Below, piece by piece: positions 51,442 to 60,210 of a DNA stretch of 64,000 nt. The stretch comes from Candidatus Iainarchaeum sp. (GTDB lineage Archaea; Iainarchaeota; Iainarchaeia; Iainarchaeales; JAAZKV01). A model generated the notes under the pieces. That model worked only from the letters and a program-made list of their open reading frames with translations. It was not told the DNA's origin and did not search any database. Position numbers and translations under genes: made by a program. The stretch lies in NCBI GenBank assembly GCA_012799645.1, contig JAAZKV010000018.1, positions 41,519 through 105,518 of the forward strand, given 5' to 3'. Positions within the stretch are counted from its first letter, which is position 1. Each line of letters begins with the position of its first letter.

Positions 51442-51582
51442 TTATGCAACCCTTCGAGCTCTTCTTAGCGCTGCCACTCTTTTTTTTGCTGCGTTTGCTT
51501 TTGCCACCACTAATGCATTCCGTTTAACTGGTTTTTTAGGAATACGTGCTCCTGGTTTTCTTGTTCCAATATACCTGGACAT
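51442..51582 (-). CDS. Small basic protein (47 aa, paralog B); not in the ORF track
   Basis: MSRYIGTRKPGARIPKKPVKRNALVVAKANAAKKRVAALRRARRVA, derived by hand translation. Confidence 0.35.
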   Translation of the reverse strand: MSRYIGTRKPGARIPKKPVKRNALVVAKANAAKKRVAALRRARRVA

Positions 51583-51611
51583 CAATTATCACCTAATTAT
51601 TATACTTCTTT

Positions 51612-52910
51612 TTAGTTATTTAAGCTTTTATCTCTTATTTTTTTGATTATTTTTTCTGCGTTTGCTTGGTTGATTTCTTTTGAGTTGATCATTTCTTCAG
51701 CGACTTGTTCTATTTCGTTTTCTTTTGCTCCTGCTTGGGTTGCTAGTGCGCGTGCGTGTAGTTTCATGTGTCCTGCTTGGATTCCTGTTGTTACTATTGC
51801 GCGGAGTGCTGCAAAGTTTTGTGCTAATCCAACTGATGCTGCTATGCTTGCGAGTTCTTTGGAGTTTTTTACTCCTAAGATTTTTAAAGAAAGCGAAGCC
51901 ATTGGGTTTAGTTTTGCTGTTCCCCCTATTGTTGCGAGTGTGATTGGTAATTCTATTTCACCAACCAAGTCCCCGTTTTCGTTTTTGTAGTATTTTGTTA
52001 GTGGAGAGTATTTTCCTTTTTCTTTGTATGCTGCGTATGAGTGTATTCCTGCTTCTACTCCTCTAAAATCGTTTCCTGTTGCTATTGTTAGTGAATCAAT
52101 TCCGTTCATTATTCCTTTGTTGTGGGTTGCTGCTCTGAATGGAGAGCTAACAGCTATTTCGTATGCTTGAATAATTCTGTCAATTATTTCTTCTCCTTTG
52201 ATTTTTCCTTTTGTGCTTTCTTCTAGTTTTTGTTTTGTCCAAATTGTTTTTGCTTGTGCTTTTCTGTAAATTGCTAGGTTTGAAATTATTCTCATTAGTG
52301 CTTTTCCTCCGGAAATTTTTTCTATTATTGGAGTTATTTTTTCTGTCATTGTGTTTATTGCATTGGCTCCCATCGCGTCACGAACATCCACTAGTAATTG
52401 TAACTCTATTATTTTTCCGGTTGGAGTGTTTAGTATTTCTCCTTTTAGATCACGAGGCCCTCCCCCAAATTTTGTTAGAACTGAATCTACTTTTTCTGCT
52501 TCTTTTAGTATTTCTTTTTTTGATTCTAAGATTTTTTTTAGAACGATTTCTGGGTTTTGTGTGCCTGTTATCATTATTTGTCCTATCATTATTGGTTCGT
52601 CTGTTTTTGTAATGAAACCGTTTGATAGTTTTGCTGCGTTACTTGCTGCGGCTACTACGCTTGGTTCTTCAAGAACGAAAGGAATTAGGTATTCTTTTTT
52701 ATCTATTACAAAGTTTGTTGCTACTCCGAAAGGGAGTGAGTATGTCCCAACCACGTTTTCTATCATTTTGTCAGCGTTAGATATGGGCAGGTTTGTTTCT
52801 GTGGTTAAGAGTTTTTTTTCTTCTTCGGTTAGAGAGAATTCTTTTGCGAGTATTTCTTGTCTTTCTTTTATTGTTTTTTTGTAAAATCCTTCAAATTTTT
52901 TTGAATCCAT
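51612..52910 (-). CDS. hmgA: Hydroxymethylglutaryl-CoA reductase (class I, catalytic domain only)
   Basis: VRDAMGANAINTM and GTIGG-type motifs. 432 aa. Confidence 0.9.
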   Translation of the reverse strand: MDSKKFEGFYKKTIKERQEILAKEFSLTEEEKKLLTTETNLPISNADKMIENVVGTYSLPFGVATNFVIDKKEYLIPFVLEEPSVVAAASNAAKLSNGFITKTDEPIMIGQIMITGTQNPEIVLKKILESKKEILKEAEKVDSVLTKFGGGPRDLKGEILNTPTGKIIELQLLVDVRDAMGANAINTMTEKITPIIEKISGGKALMRIISNLAIYRKAQAKTIWTKQKLEESTKGKIKGEEIIDRIIQAYEIAVSSPFRAATHNKGIMNGIDSLTIATGNDFRGVEAGIHSYAAYKEKGKYSPLTKYYKNENGDLVGEIELPITLATIGGTAKLNPMASLSLKILGVKNSKELASIAASVGLAQNFAALRAIVTTGIQAGHMKLHARALATQAGAKENEIEQVAEEMINSKEINQANAEKIIKKIRDKSLNN

Positions 52911-53118
52911 TTTTTCACCAAAAAAAATTTTAAATATTTTTTAATTTTAACTTATTTTTTAATTTTAAATATTTTTTAAATTTAAATATTTTTATTGAAT
53001 ATTTTTTTATTTTTAATTTTGTTTCATATTTTCATTTTTTTTAATTAATTTTTATTGTTTTTTATTTCCCATTTTATTTTTTATTTTATTTTGTTTTTTT
53101 TTAATTATTAATTTTTCT

Positions 53119-54450
53119 TTATTCGTTGGTTTTTTGTTTTTCTATTGCTTCTTCTATTAGTTTTCTTTGTTCTGCTTCTGCTTTTTCCATATCTTTTTTG
53201 TCCAAGTATTTTATTATTGCTTTTGCTGCTTCTCTTCCTGCTGTGATTGCTGCGATTACTGTTTTTGGTCCGTGTACGCAATCTCCTGCTGCGAATAAGT
53301 TAGGCACTATTGTTTGTTTGTTTTTGTTTACTAGAATGCATCCGTCTGGCCCGATTTTTATTATGTTTTTTAGTGATTCGTTGTCGTGTTGTTGTCCTAT
53401 TGCTATTATTACTTTGTCTGCTTCTAGTACTCCGCTTTCGCTGTTTTTGTAGTGGACTTTTTCTACGTGTTCATTTCCTTCAAATTTTTCTACTTGTACT
53501 CCGAAAATAAATTTTACTCCTTCTTCTTCTGCTTCTAAGTAATCTTTTTCTACTACTGCTGCGTATGATTCTTCTTTTGTTGCCATAGTGATGCAGGTTA
53601 CTTTTCCCCCTAATCTTATTGCGCTTCTTGCTGCATCTAGTCCAACATACCCTGCTCCCACTACTACTACTTTTTCTCCTGGGGAAATCATTGGGAGTGC
53701 GCTTTGGTTTAAATTTACTAAGAATTTCATTGCGTTCATTATTCCTTTTAGTTCGTGTCCTTCGTTGGTTAGCATTTTTGGTTTTCCTACTCCTGTTCCC
53801 ATAAATACTGCGTCGTAGTTTTTCACCATTTCTTCTAAAATATCAGCGTCAATTTTTACGTTGGGTTCGAAATCTATTTCTAGGTCATGTAGTCCTGCTA
53901 GTTTTCTTGCAACTATTTCTTTTGGTAATCTGAATTCTGGCACTCCGTATTTTATTACTCCGCCGAAAGTGTTTGTTCCTTCCATTACTGTTACGTTCAT
54001 TCCTTGGAGTGAGAGTAGGGCAGCTACTGTTAATCCGCTTGGCCCTGATCCGATTACTGCTATTTTTTTTCCATTTTTTGTTTCTCTTTCAGGAAATACT
54101 GTGTTGTCTCCTATGTATCTTTCTATTCCGCCGATTGAGATTGGATCGTTTTTTGCGTTTAGAATGCAGTGTCCTTCGCATTGTTTTTCGTGTTGACATA
54201 TTCTTCCACAAATGCTTGGAAAAAAATTGCTTTCTCTTATTATTTTTCCTGCTTCGTTTGTGTTTCCTTCTCTGAATGCTTTAATGAATTGAGGGATTTG
54301 TACTTTTGCAGGGCACCCTTCTACGCATTTTGGGTTTTTGCACTGAATACACCTATTTGCTTCATTTATTGCTTCTTCTAGAGTAAATCCGAGTTCTACT
54401 TCGTTAAAAGTAGTTTTTCGTTTTTCTAGTGATAAAAGTGGCACTCTCAT
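53119..54450 (-). CDS. NfnB/SudA/GltD-family FAD/NAD(P)H oxidoreductase with two [4Fe-4S] clusters
   Basis: N-terminal CIQCKNPKCVEGCP and CGRICQHEKQCEGHC; dinucleotide fold IAVIGSGPSGLTVAALL; second Rossmann VVVGAGYVGLDAA. Confidence 0.7.
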   Translation of the reverse strand: MRVPLLSLEKRKTTFNEVELGFTLEEAINEANRCIQCKNPKCVEGCPAKVQIPQFIKAFREGNTNEAGKIIRESNFFPSICGRICQHEKQCEGHCILNAKNDPISIGGIERYIGDNTVFPERETKNGKKIAVIGSGPSGLTVAALLSLQGMNVTVMEGTNTFGGVIKYGVPEFRLPKEIVARKLAGLHDLEIDFEPNVKIDADILEEMVKNYDAVFMGTGVGKPKMLTNEGHELKGIMNAMKFLVNLNQSALPMISPGEKVVVVGAGYVGLDAARSAIRLGGKVTCITMATKEESYAAVVEKDYLEAEEEGVKFIFGVQVEKFEGNEHVEKVHYKNSESGVLEADKVIIAIGQQHDNESLKNIIKIGPDGCILVNKNKQTIVPNLFAAGDCVHGPKTVIAAITAGREAAKAIIKYLDKKDMEKAEAEQRKLIEEAIEKQKTNE

Positions 54451-54782
54451 TATTTATCCCTTTTAAAAAATCAATTCCTCAAAAAATCAATCTTACAAAA
54501 AAATACCATTTAAAAAAAAACCCTTTTCCCAAAAAATTACTTATTCCAAAAAAATTATTTCTTTAAAAAATTATTAATTGTAAAAGAAAAGTTTGGTTCG
54601 CCAATAGTAAAATGAAGAGGAAGTATAGGCATAAAAACCTATCCAACTAACGAACAATGGAACGACAATTGACGTGTTATTTGTTTTTTTGTTTAATTAT
54701 TTAAATAGAACAATGCTGTGGGGGTGCAATTATGGAAATGGATGCGCATAATCACAGAAATTTAACACACAATTAAAAAAAT

Positions 54783-54930
54783 TTATTTGGGAAGAACTTA
54801 TTCGGAAAGAACTTATTCGGAAAGAACTTATTTTGGAAAGAACTTATTCGAAAAGAACTTATTTTGGAAAGAACTTATTTGAAAAGAACTTATTTGAGGA
54901 GAATTTATTTGGGAAAGACGTTATTTGGAA
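54783..54930. repeat. Tandem array of about 10 copies of the 15-17-bp unit TTATTYGGAAAGAAC
   Basis: ttatttgggaagaac / ttattcggaaagaac (x2) / ttattttggaaagaac / ttattcgaaaagaac / ... degenerating toward 54930. No unique spacers, so not a CRISPR array. Confidence 0.75.
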
Positions 54931-54946
54931 AATAAATTTAACATAT

Positions 54947-55576
54947 TTATTTTGGCGCATACTCAAATCTTCTTTTTGGTTTTTTTGAGAGTTCGTCTTT
55001 TAGTAGTAGTTTTTTCCAATCAAATAAAAAGAATGCTAGGAGTGCTATTACTCCTATTATTTCTATAATGAGTGTTCCTATTGATGCACTTCCTGTAATG
55101 GCTGCTTCAAGTGAGGTGTATATTTTTTCTGATGTGAATACTAAAAATAAATAACTTATTGTTCTTCCTACAAAAAACCCTGCTAGTATTTCGGTGATTC
55201 TGATCCTTGTTGTTCCTACCGCAATGAATAGTGAGTTTGAGGGGAATGGTCCGAGTGAGAAGAGCATACTGAACAAAAATTTTTTTACTGTTCCTTTTCT
55301 TAATTTGTTTCTTATTAGTTCCATTTCTTCTTTTTTTTCTTCACTCGCGAATTTGGTGAATACTTTTCTTGAAGATATTGCAAGCACATATCTTCCTGTT
55401 GTTGAAGCGGTTACTCCGATTAGGATTAGTAGTAATAGGTTTTGTGGGTGTGCAATGTAAAAGTAAGCTAATACAACCCAAGTGGGTGGTGCGAATGCGG
55501 GAATTATGTTAATCCCAAACACTATTATCCATTCTATTACTAATTGAACAAAATCCATAATTATCAAAACACACAA
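54947..55576 (-). CDS. DedA/TVP38-like polytopic membrane protein
   Basis: 209 aa, about 5-6 TM, with a central amphipathic/basic loop. Weak family assignment. Confidence 0.35.
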   Translation of the reverse strand: MCVLIIMDFVQLVIEWIIVFGINIIPAFAPPTWVVLAYFYIAHPQNLLLLILIGVTASTTGRYVLAISSRKVFTKFASEEKKEEMELIRNKLRKGTVKKFLFSMLFSLGPFPSNSLFIAVGTTRIRITEILAGFFVGRTISYLFLVFTSEKIYTSLEAAITGSASIGTLIIEIIGVIALLAFFLFDWKKLLLKDELSKKPKRRFEYAPK

Positions 55577-55681
55577 AACTTTGAATAATACTTTTTGTTG
55601 AATTCATTAATTGTTTGTCATTAATTTTTATTGTATTAATTTTGTTTGCTAGTATTAATTAATTTGTTTGTTGGTATTAAA

Positions 55682-56731
55682 TTAGTTTTGTTCTAACCAT
55701 TCTTTTAGTTTTCCTAGTATTACATATTCTTGTTTTTGTAGTTCTGATATGTTTTTGCACCCGAGTAAGAATGAGGTTATTTGCATTTCTTTTTTGAAGT
55801 TTTCTAAATAATTTTTTATCGCGTTTGTTCCTTTTTTTGTTTGTGCTTGTAGGATTGGTAGAGCATTTCCAACCATGTCCGCTCCTAAAATTATTGCTTT
55901 TGTTGCTTCGACTCCGTTTCGTATTCCTCCGCTCGCAATTATTTTTTTGTTTGTTCCTGCTATCGCGTTTTTTGTTTCTATTATTGATACTGCTGTGGGC
56001 ACTCCAATATCTCTAAATTCTTCGCCGAAACTTTTTTTGTGTCTTAGTGAATCTACTCTTGTCCAACTTGTTCCTCCTGCTCCTTGGGTATCTATTGCCG
56101 CGATTTTTGTTTTTCGTAATAGCATTGCTGTTTCGTAACTCACTCCGTGCCCTACTTCTTTTACATACACTGGCACACTTAGTTGTTCTGCGTATTCTGT
56201 TATTTTTTCTACTACTCCGCTAAAATCTAGATCTCCTTCTGGTTGCATTGCTTCTTGTGCTGCGTTGATGTGGATTGCAAGAGCATTCGCTTCAATTGCT
56301 TGGAGTGCATCATTCATTTCTTTTGGAGAGTATTGTTTTAGTTGTGCTGCACCTAAATTTCCTGAAATAAAAATGTCCGGAGCAACATCTCTCACATAAT
56401 ATGTTTCGGTGAGTGAGGGTTGTTCTAGCATTGCTCGCATACTCCCAAGCCCCATCCCTATCCCCATTTCTTGACAAGCTTGTGCGATTTCTGTATTTAC
56501 TTTTTTTGATACTTGTGCTCCGCCAGTAATTGCTGACACTAGAAAGGGGAAGGAAAAATTTTTTCCTAAAAAATTTGTGGATAAATTTATTTCTGAAAAA
56601 TTTATTTCAGGGAGTGCTAAATAATTTAATTCCACGAACTCTAACAAAGTGGTTTTGTTTTTAAAAGACACATCTTTTTTTGCGCAAAGCTCTAAATGTT
56701 CTTTTTTTCTTCTCTCTATTGGTGAAATCAT
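55682..56731 (-). CDS. fni: Isopentenyl-diphosphate delta-isomerase type 2 (FMN-dependent)
   Basis: RKKEHLELC, FPFLVSAITGG, and GLGSMRAM motifs. 349 aa. Confidence 0.85.
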   Translation of the reverse strand: MISPIERRKKEHLELCAKKDVSFKNKTTLLEFVELNYLALPEINFSEINLSTNFLGKNFSFPFLVSAITGGAQVSKKVNTEIAQACQEMGIGMGLGSMRAMLEQPSLTETYYVRDVAPDIFISGNLGAAQLKQYSPKEMNDALQAIEANALAIHINAAQEAMQPEGDLDFSGVVEKITEYAEQLSVPVYVKEVGHGVSYETAMLLRKTKIAAIDTQGAGGTSWTRVDSLRHKKSFGEEFRDIGVPTAVSIIETKNAIAGTNKKIIASGGIRNGVEATKAIILGADMVGNALPILQAQTKKGTNAIKNYLENFKKEMQITSFLLGCKNISELQKQEYVILGKLKEWLEQN

Positions 56732-56873
56732 TTTTTCAACACCATTTAGTTTTTTTCTTGTTTTTATTTTTTTATTTAATTTTTTTTGTTTTATTTTGTT
56801 TAATTTTTTTAATTATTTTTTTTCTTCTTTTTGTTTTATTTCTTTTGTTTCTTGTTTTTGTTTTTTTTGTTGT

Positions 56874-57992
56874 TTATATTTTTCTTTCAATTGAGTAATC
56901 CGCGAATTTTTTTAGCATTATTTTTGCGTTTGATTTTGGCAATTGTTTGTCTAGTTTTTCCCATGCGTTTTTCACTAATTTGTTTGCTTTGGTTTTTGAG
57001 TATTCTATTCCGTCGTATTTGTTTATTATGTTTAGTGCTTCTTGGATTATTTTGTCGTCATTAGTGTGTGAGTCAAGTATTTCTATTAATCTTTTTTTAT
57101 CTGTTTCTGTTGCTACTTGTAGTGTTCTTATCACTATGAGTGTTCTTTTTCCTTCATGTATGTCTCCGCAAATGCTTCCTTTTTTTTCTTTGAATGTGTT
57201 TTCTGTTAGTTCTAGTATGTCATCTTGGATTTGGAATGCTACTCCCATTATTTGTCCAAATTCTGCGAGTGCGGTTCGTTGTTTTTTTGTTGCTCCTCCA
57301 ACTATTGCTCCGAGTTCACAAGCAAATCTTGTTAACACTCCTGTTTTGCACAAACACATATTCAAATAGTGTTTTTCGTTCGGAGTGTATCCTCCCCTGT
57401 GCCACGCTATATCCCACGCTTGTCCGCTTGACACTCTTAACATTTCTGTTAAATAAAGATCAACTATTTCTGCTTTCTTTTTCTCGCTTAGTTTGAATTC
57501 GTTTGTCACTATTTTGCTCATTGGCCAATAATACATTATTGTTCCTGTGTTGATCGCGGTGTCTATTCCGTAAATTTTGTGAGTGCAGGGTTTTCCTCTT
57601 CTAGCAACTGAATTATCTTCTACATCATCACACATTAGTGTTCCGTTGTGAATTATTTCTACTATCGGTGCTAGTTTTTGTGCTTCTTCAAAACTTCCTC
57701 CCACTGCTTCTGCTGATAAACAAGTTAGCACTGGTCTGAATCTTTTTCCTCCCCTATCAAGTAAATCCCATATTGGTTCATTCACTCCCTTTGTGTAAGC
57801 TACTAAATCTAGTTCAAAAATAGTTGGACCTAGAATTGATTCTATCCACTTTTTGTTGGCTTTTCTTGGAATATATTTTTCTATTTCTTTTTCTATAAAT
57901 GGTATTCTTGTTTTTAAGTAATCCTTTATCTCCATTTTTGTTTCTTTATCAGTTACTTTTGTCAAAAACAACACCTCCAAAAAAATACTCAA
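56874..57992 (-). CDS. idsA: Polyprenyl (geranylgeranyl) diphosphate synthase
   Basis: FARM LMCDDVEDNSVARRGKP and SARM FQIQDDILE. The true start is possibly the Met 19 codons downstream (MEIKDYL). Confidence 0.8.
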   Translation of the reverse strand: MSIFLEVLFLTKVTDKETKMEIKDYLKTRIPFIEKEIEKYIPRKANKKWIESILGPTIFELDLVAYTKGVNEPIWDLLDRGGKRFRPVLTCLSAEAVGGSFEEAQKLAPIVEIIHNGTLMCDDVEDNSVARRGKPCTHKIYGIDTAINTGTIMYYWPMSKIVTNEFKLSEKKKAEIVDLYLTEMLRVSSGQAWDIAWHRGGYTPNEKHYLNMCLCKTGVLTRFACELGAIVGGATKKQRTALAEFGQIMGVAFQIQDDILELTENTFKEKKGSICGDIHEGKRTLIVIRTLQVATETDKKRLIEILDSHTNDDKIIQEALNIINKYDGIEYSKTKANKLVKNAWEKLDKQLPKSNAKIMLKKFADYSIERKI

Positions 57993-58426
57993 AAAAACAT
58001 TTATTTTTTTATTTCAATATTTTTATTATTTAATACATTTTTATTATTTAAAACATTTTAATTAACACATTTTTGTTATTTGTTACATTTTAATTTTTTG
58101 TTTCTCTTTGTTTTTACTAAATAATATTACTTAATTAGTCCTTATTAAATAAACTATTCAATAAAAAAATTAATAAAATTATAAAATTTATAAAAATTTA
58201 TAAAAAATTAATAAAAAATTAAATCAATGAACTAAATGCAAAACAAAAAATAAATTAAACTAAAACTAAATCCTTAATAAATCCAATGAATCAATTCAAT
58301 AAACTAAAACTAAATTTAATAAATAAAAATCCTACCAAACTAATCCAATGAACTAAATTCAATAAACAAAAACCCAATAAAATAAATTCAATAAATCAAA
58401 TTTAGTAAATTAAGTATTAGTGGTTT

Positions 58427-59242
58427 TTAGGTTAGTTGGAATTTTCCTTTTAGTGGTTTGTTTGGGTAAACTACTAGTCCTTTTCCGTTTATGATGTCCA
58501 TTTCTACGATTTTTCTGTGGATTTCTTCTCCACGCATTTTTAGTATTTCCATCGCTCTTCCTCTTTTTCCATTTTCGTATATTACACTGTACATTATGAT
58601 TATTCCGTCAGAGAGAAAGGATACTGCTTGATCTACTCCTGCGATAACGTTTCCTAAGTGTACTGGGTGGGGTGTTTCCATAATCAAGAACGAGGTGATG
58701 TTGTGGGATTCTAGGTATCTGAATAATTGTTCCATGTATATTCTGAATCTGCTTGATTCTCCACTGAATGCTGATGAGATTGAGGTTAGTGAGTCAATGA
58801 AGAGAATGTCTGGTTGAAAATCTTGTGGAATTAGTACTGGTTGTACATCAATTAGTAGTTCTTTTTTTGCTTCACTTAGTAGTGCTTCTACACTTCTTGC
58901 AATGTCAAGTGCGTTGAATCTTTTTATTCTTAGTAGTCCTTTTTTTTCGTATTTTTCTGCATCAAAATTGAACATTTTTAGGTGGTCGCGCAAATTGTCT
59001 TCTGGTTCTTCAAAACTCATGAACAATACTTTTTTTCCTTGTTCGCAAGCTCCAACACAATTTTGGAGACAGAATATTGTTTTTCCTGATCCTGGTCCGC
59101 CTTCAACAACTACTGCTGAACCAATGGGTACTCCGTTAGCGAACAATTTGTCTATTCCTTCTACTTTTGGGAGAAAGTATTTTTTAGCTCTGTCTTTGTC
59201 CCCGTAATAATATTTTACCATAGTATCACCAAGTATTAACAA
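58427..59242 (-). CDS. KaiC/RecA-superfamily single-domain ATPase (ArlH/FlaH- or RadB-like)
   Basis: GIDKLFANGVPIGSAVVVEGGPGSGKTIFCLQ Walker A, FIDSLTS Walker B, and KMRG motif. Confidence 0.6.
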   Translation of the reverse strand: MLILGDTMVKYYYGDKDRAKKYFLPKVEGIDKLFANGVPIGSAVVVEGGPGSGKTIFCLQNCVGACEQGKKVLFMSFEEPEDNLRDHLKMFNFDAEKYEKKGLLRIKRFNALDIARSVEALLSEAKKELLIDVQPVLIPQDFQPDILFIDSLTSISSAFSGESSRFRIYMEQLFRYLESHNITSFLIMETPHPVHLGNVIAGVDQAVSFLSDGIIIMYSVIYENGKRGRAMEILKMRGEEIHRKIVEMDIINGKGLVVYPNKPLKGKFQLT

Positions 59243-59260
59243 ATATATAAACTTAATTTT

Positions 59261-60175
59261 TTAATTATTTTTGTTGAATAACACGTGTCTTTTTTTGTCA
59301 AATTTTTCTTTTTTTTCTTGGTATAGTGCGAGAGTTCCTCTCAAATCTCTTATTTTTTCTGCATACATTTTTGCTTTTATTGTGTATTCTTCTTCTGTCA
59401 TTGAACCTGATATGAAATAATTTTCTTGGGATTTTTTTATTTCGTTTTTTAGTACATTTATTTCAAATTCTATTGATTCAATTTTGTTGTTTATGTAATA
59501 CAAGTGTATTTTTTTTCTAAAAATCAAGTACACTATTATTATAATTAAAATTATTGTTAGCATTGTTTTCCAATTGTTTTCAAAGAAAAACACTATGTTT
59601 TTTTGTGCTGCTTCGTACGCTGCGCTTGCTTTTGCTTCTATTCCTTGTAATTCAACTATTTTTTCGTACGCCGCATCAATTTTTTTCATTGAGAACTCGT
59701 ATCTTTGATCATTGAACTCTTGTTCGGCTTCATTGTACAATACTTGCACTTGGTTTGTGTCAATGTTTGGGTCAACTTCACTAATTGCTTTTTTTAGTGC
59801 TATTAATTCATCTCTAACTTCTTTGGCGTTTATTAATAATTTTTCTAAATTTTCTATTCTTTCGTAAAACAATTTCAGATCAGTTGGTTTGTTTGCATCA
59901 GCGAGTAAATATGCTGAAGAGTATATTTCTCTAACTAGCACAAATTCATCAATGAATCTCACTGTGGCGAATCCTTCCTCTCTTATTTGTCGAATATCTT
60001 GATTTATTTGTGATAATTTTTTTTGTGCTAAATCAAATTCTTCTTTTGCTTCTGGTGAAATCGAAAACACACAAGTGATGAGCAATAATAAAATCATTAG
60101 TGTGCAAAATATTTTTTTCAAACCAATCACCTTCTCCAAATTTTTTTTCATTTTATTTTTTATTTTATTTTCCAT
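59261..60175 (-). CDS. Hypothetical bitopic coiled-coil membrane protein
   Basis: N-terminal TM/signal (IFCTLMILLLLITCVFS), an extracytoplasmic helical domain, a second TM (TMLTIILIIIIVYLIF), and a cytoplasmic coiled-coil tail. Confidence 0.4.
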   Translation of the reverse strand: MENKIKNKMKKNLEKVIGLKKIFCTLMILLLLITCVFSISPEAKEEFDLAQKKLSQINQDIRQIREEGFATVRFIDEFVLVREIYSSAYLLADANKPTDLKLFYERIENLEKLLINAKEVRDELIALKKAISEVDPNIDTNQVQVLYNEAEQEFNDQRYEFSMKKIDAAYEKIVELQGIEAKASAAYEAAQKNIVFFFENNWKTMLTIILIIIIVYLIFRKKIHLYYINNKIESIEFEINVLKNEIKKSQENYFISGSMTEEEYTIKAKMYAEKIRDLRGTLALYQEKKEKFDKKRHVLFNKNN

Positions 60176-60210
60176 TTTATTTTTTATTTTAAATTTTGTT
60201 TTAAATTTTT

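Noticed and set aside
54783-54930. Tandem array considered as a CRISPR array
   Set aside because: The units are 15-17 bp and directly abutting, with no unique spacers. There is no leader or cas genes. It is a simple tandem repeat.
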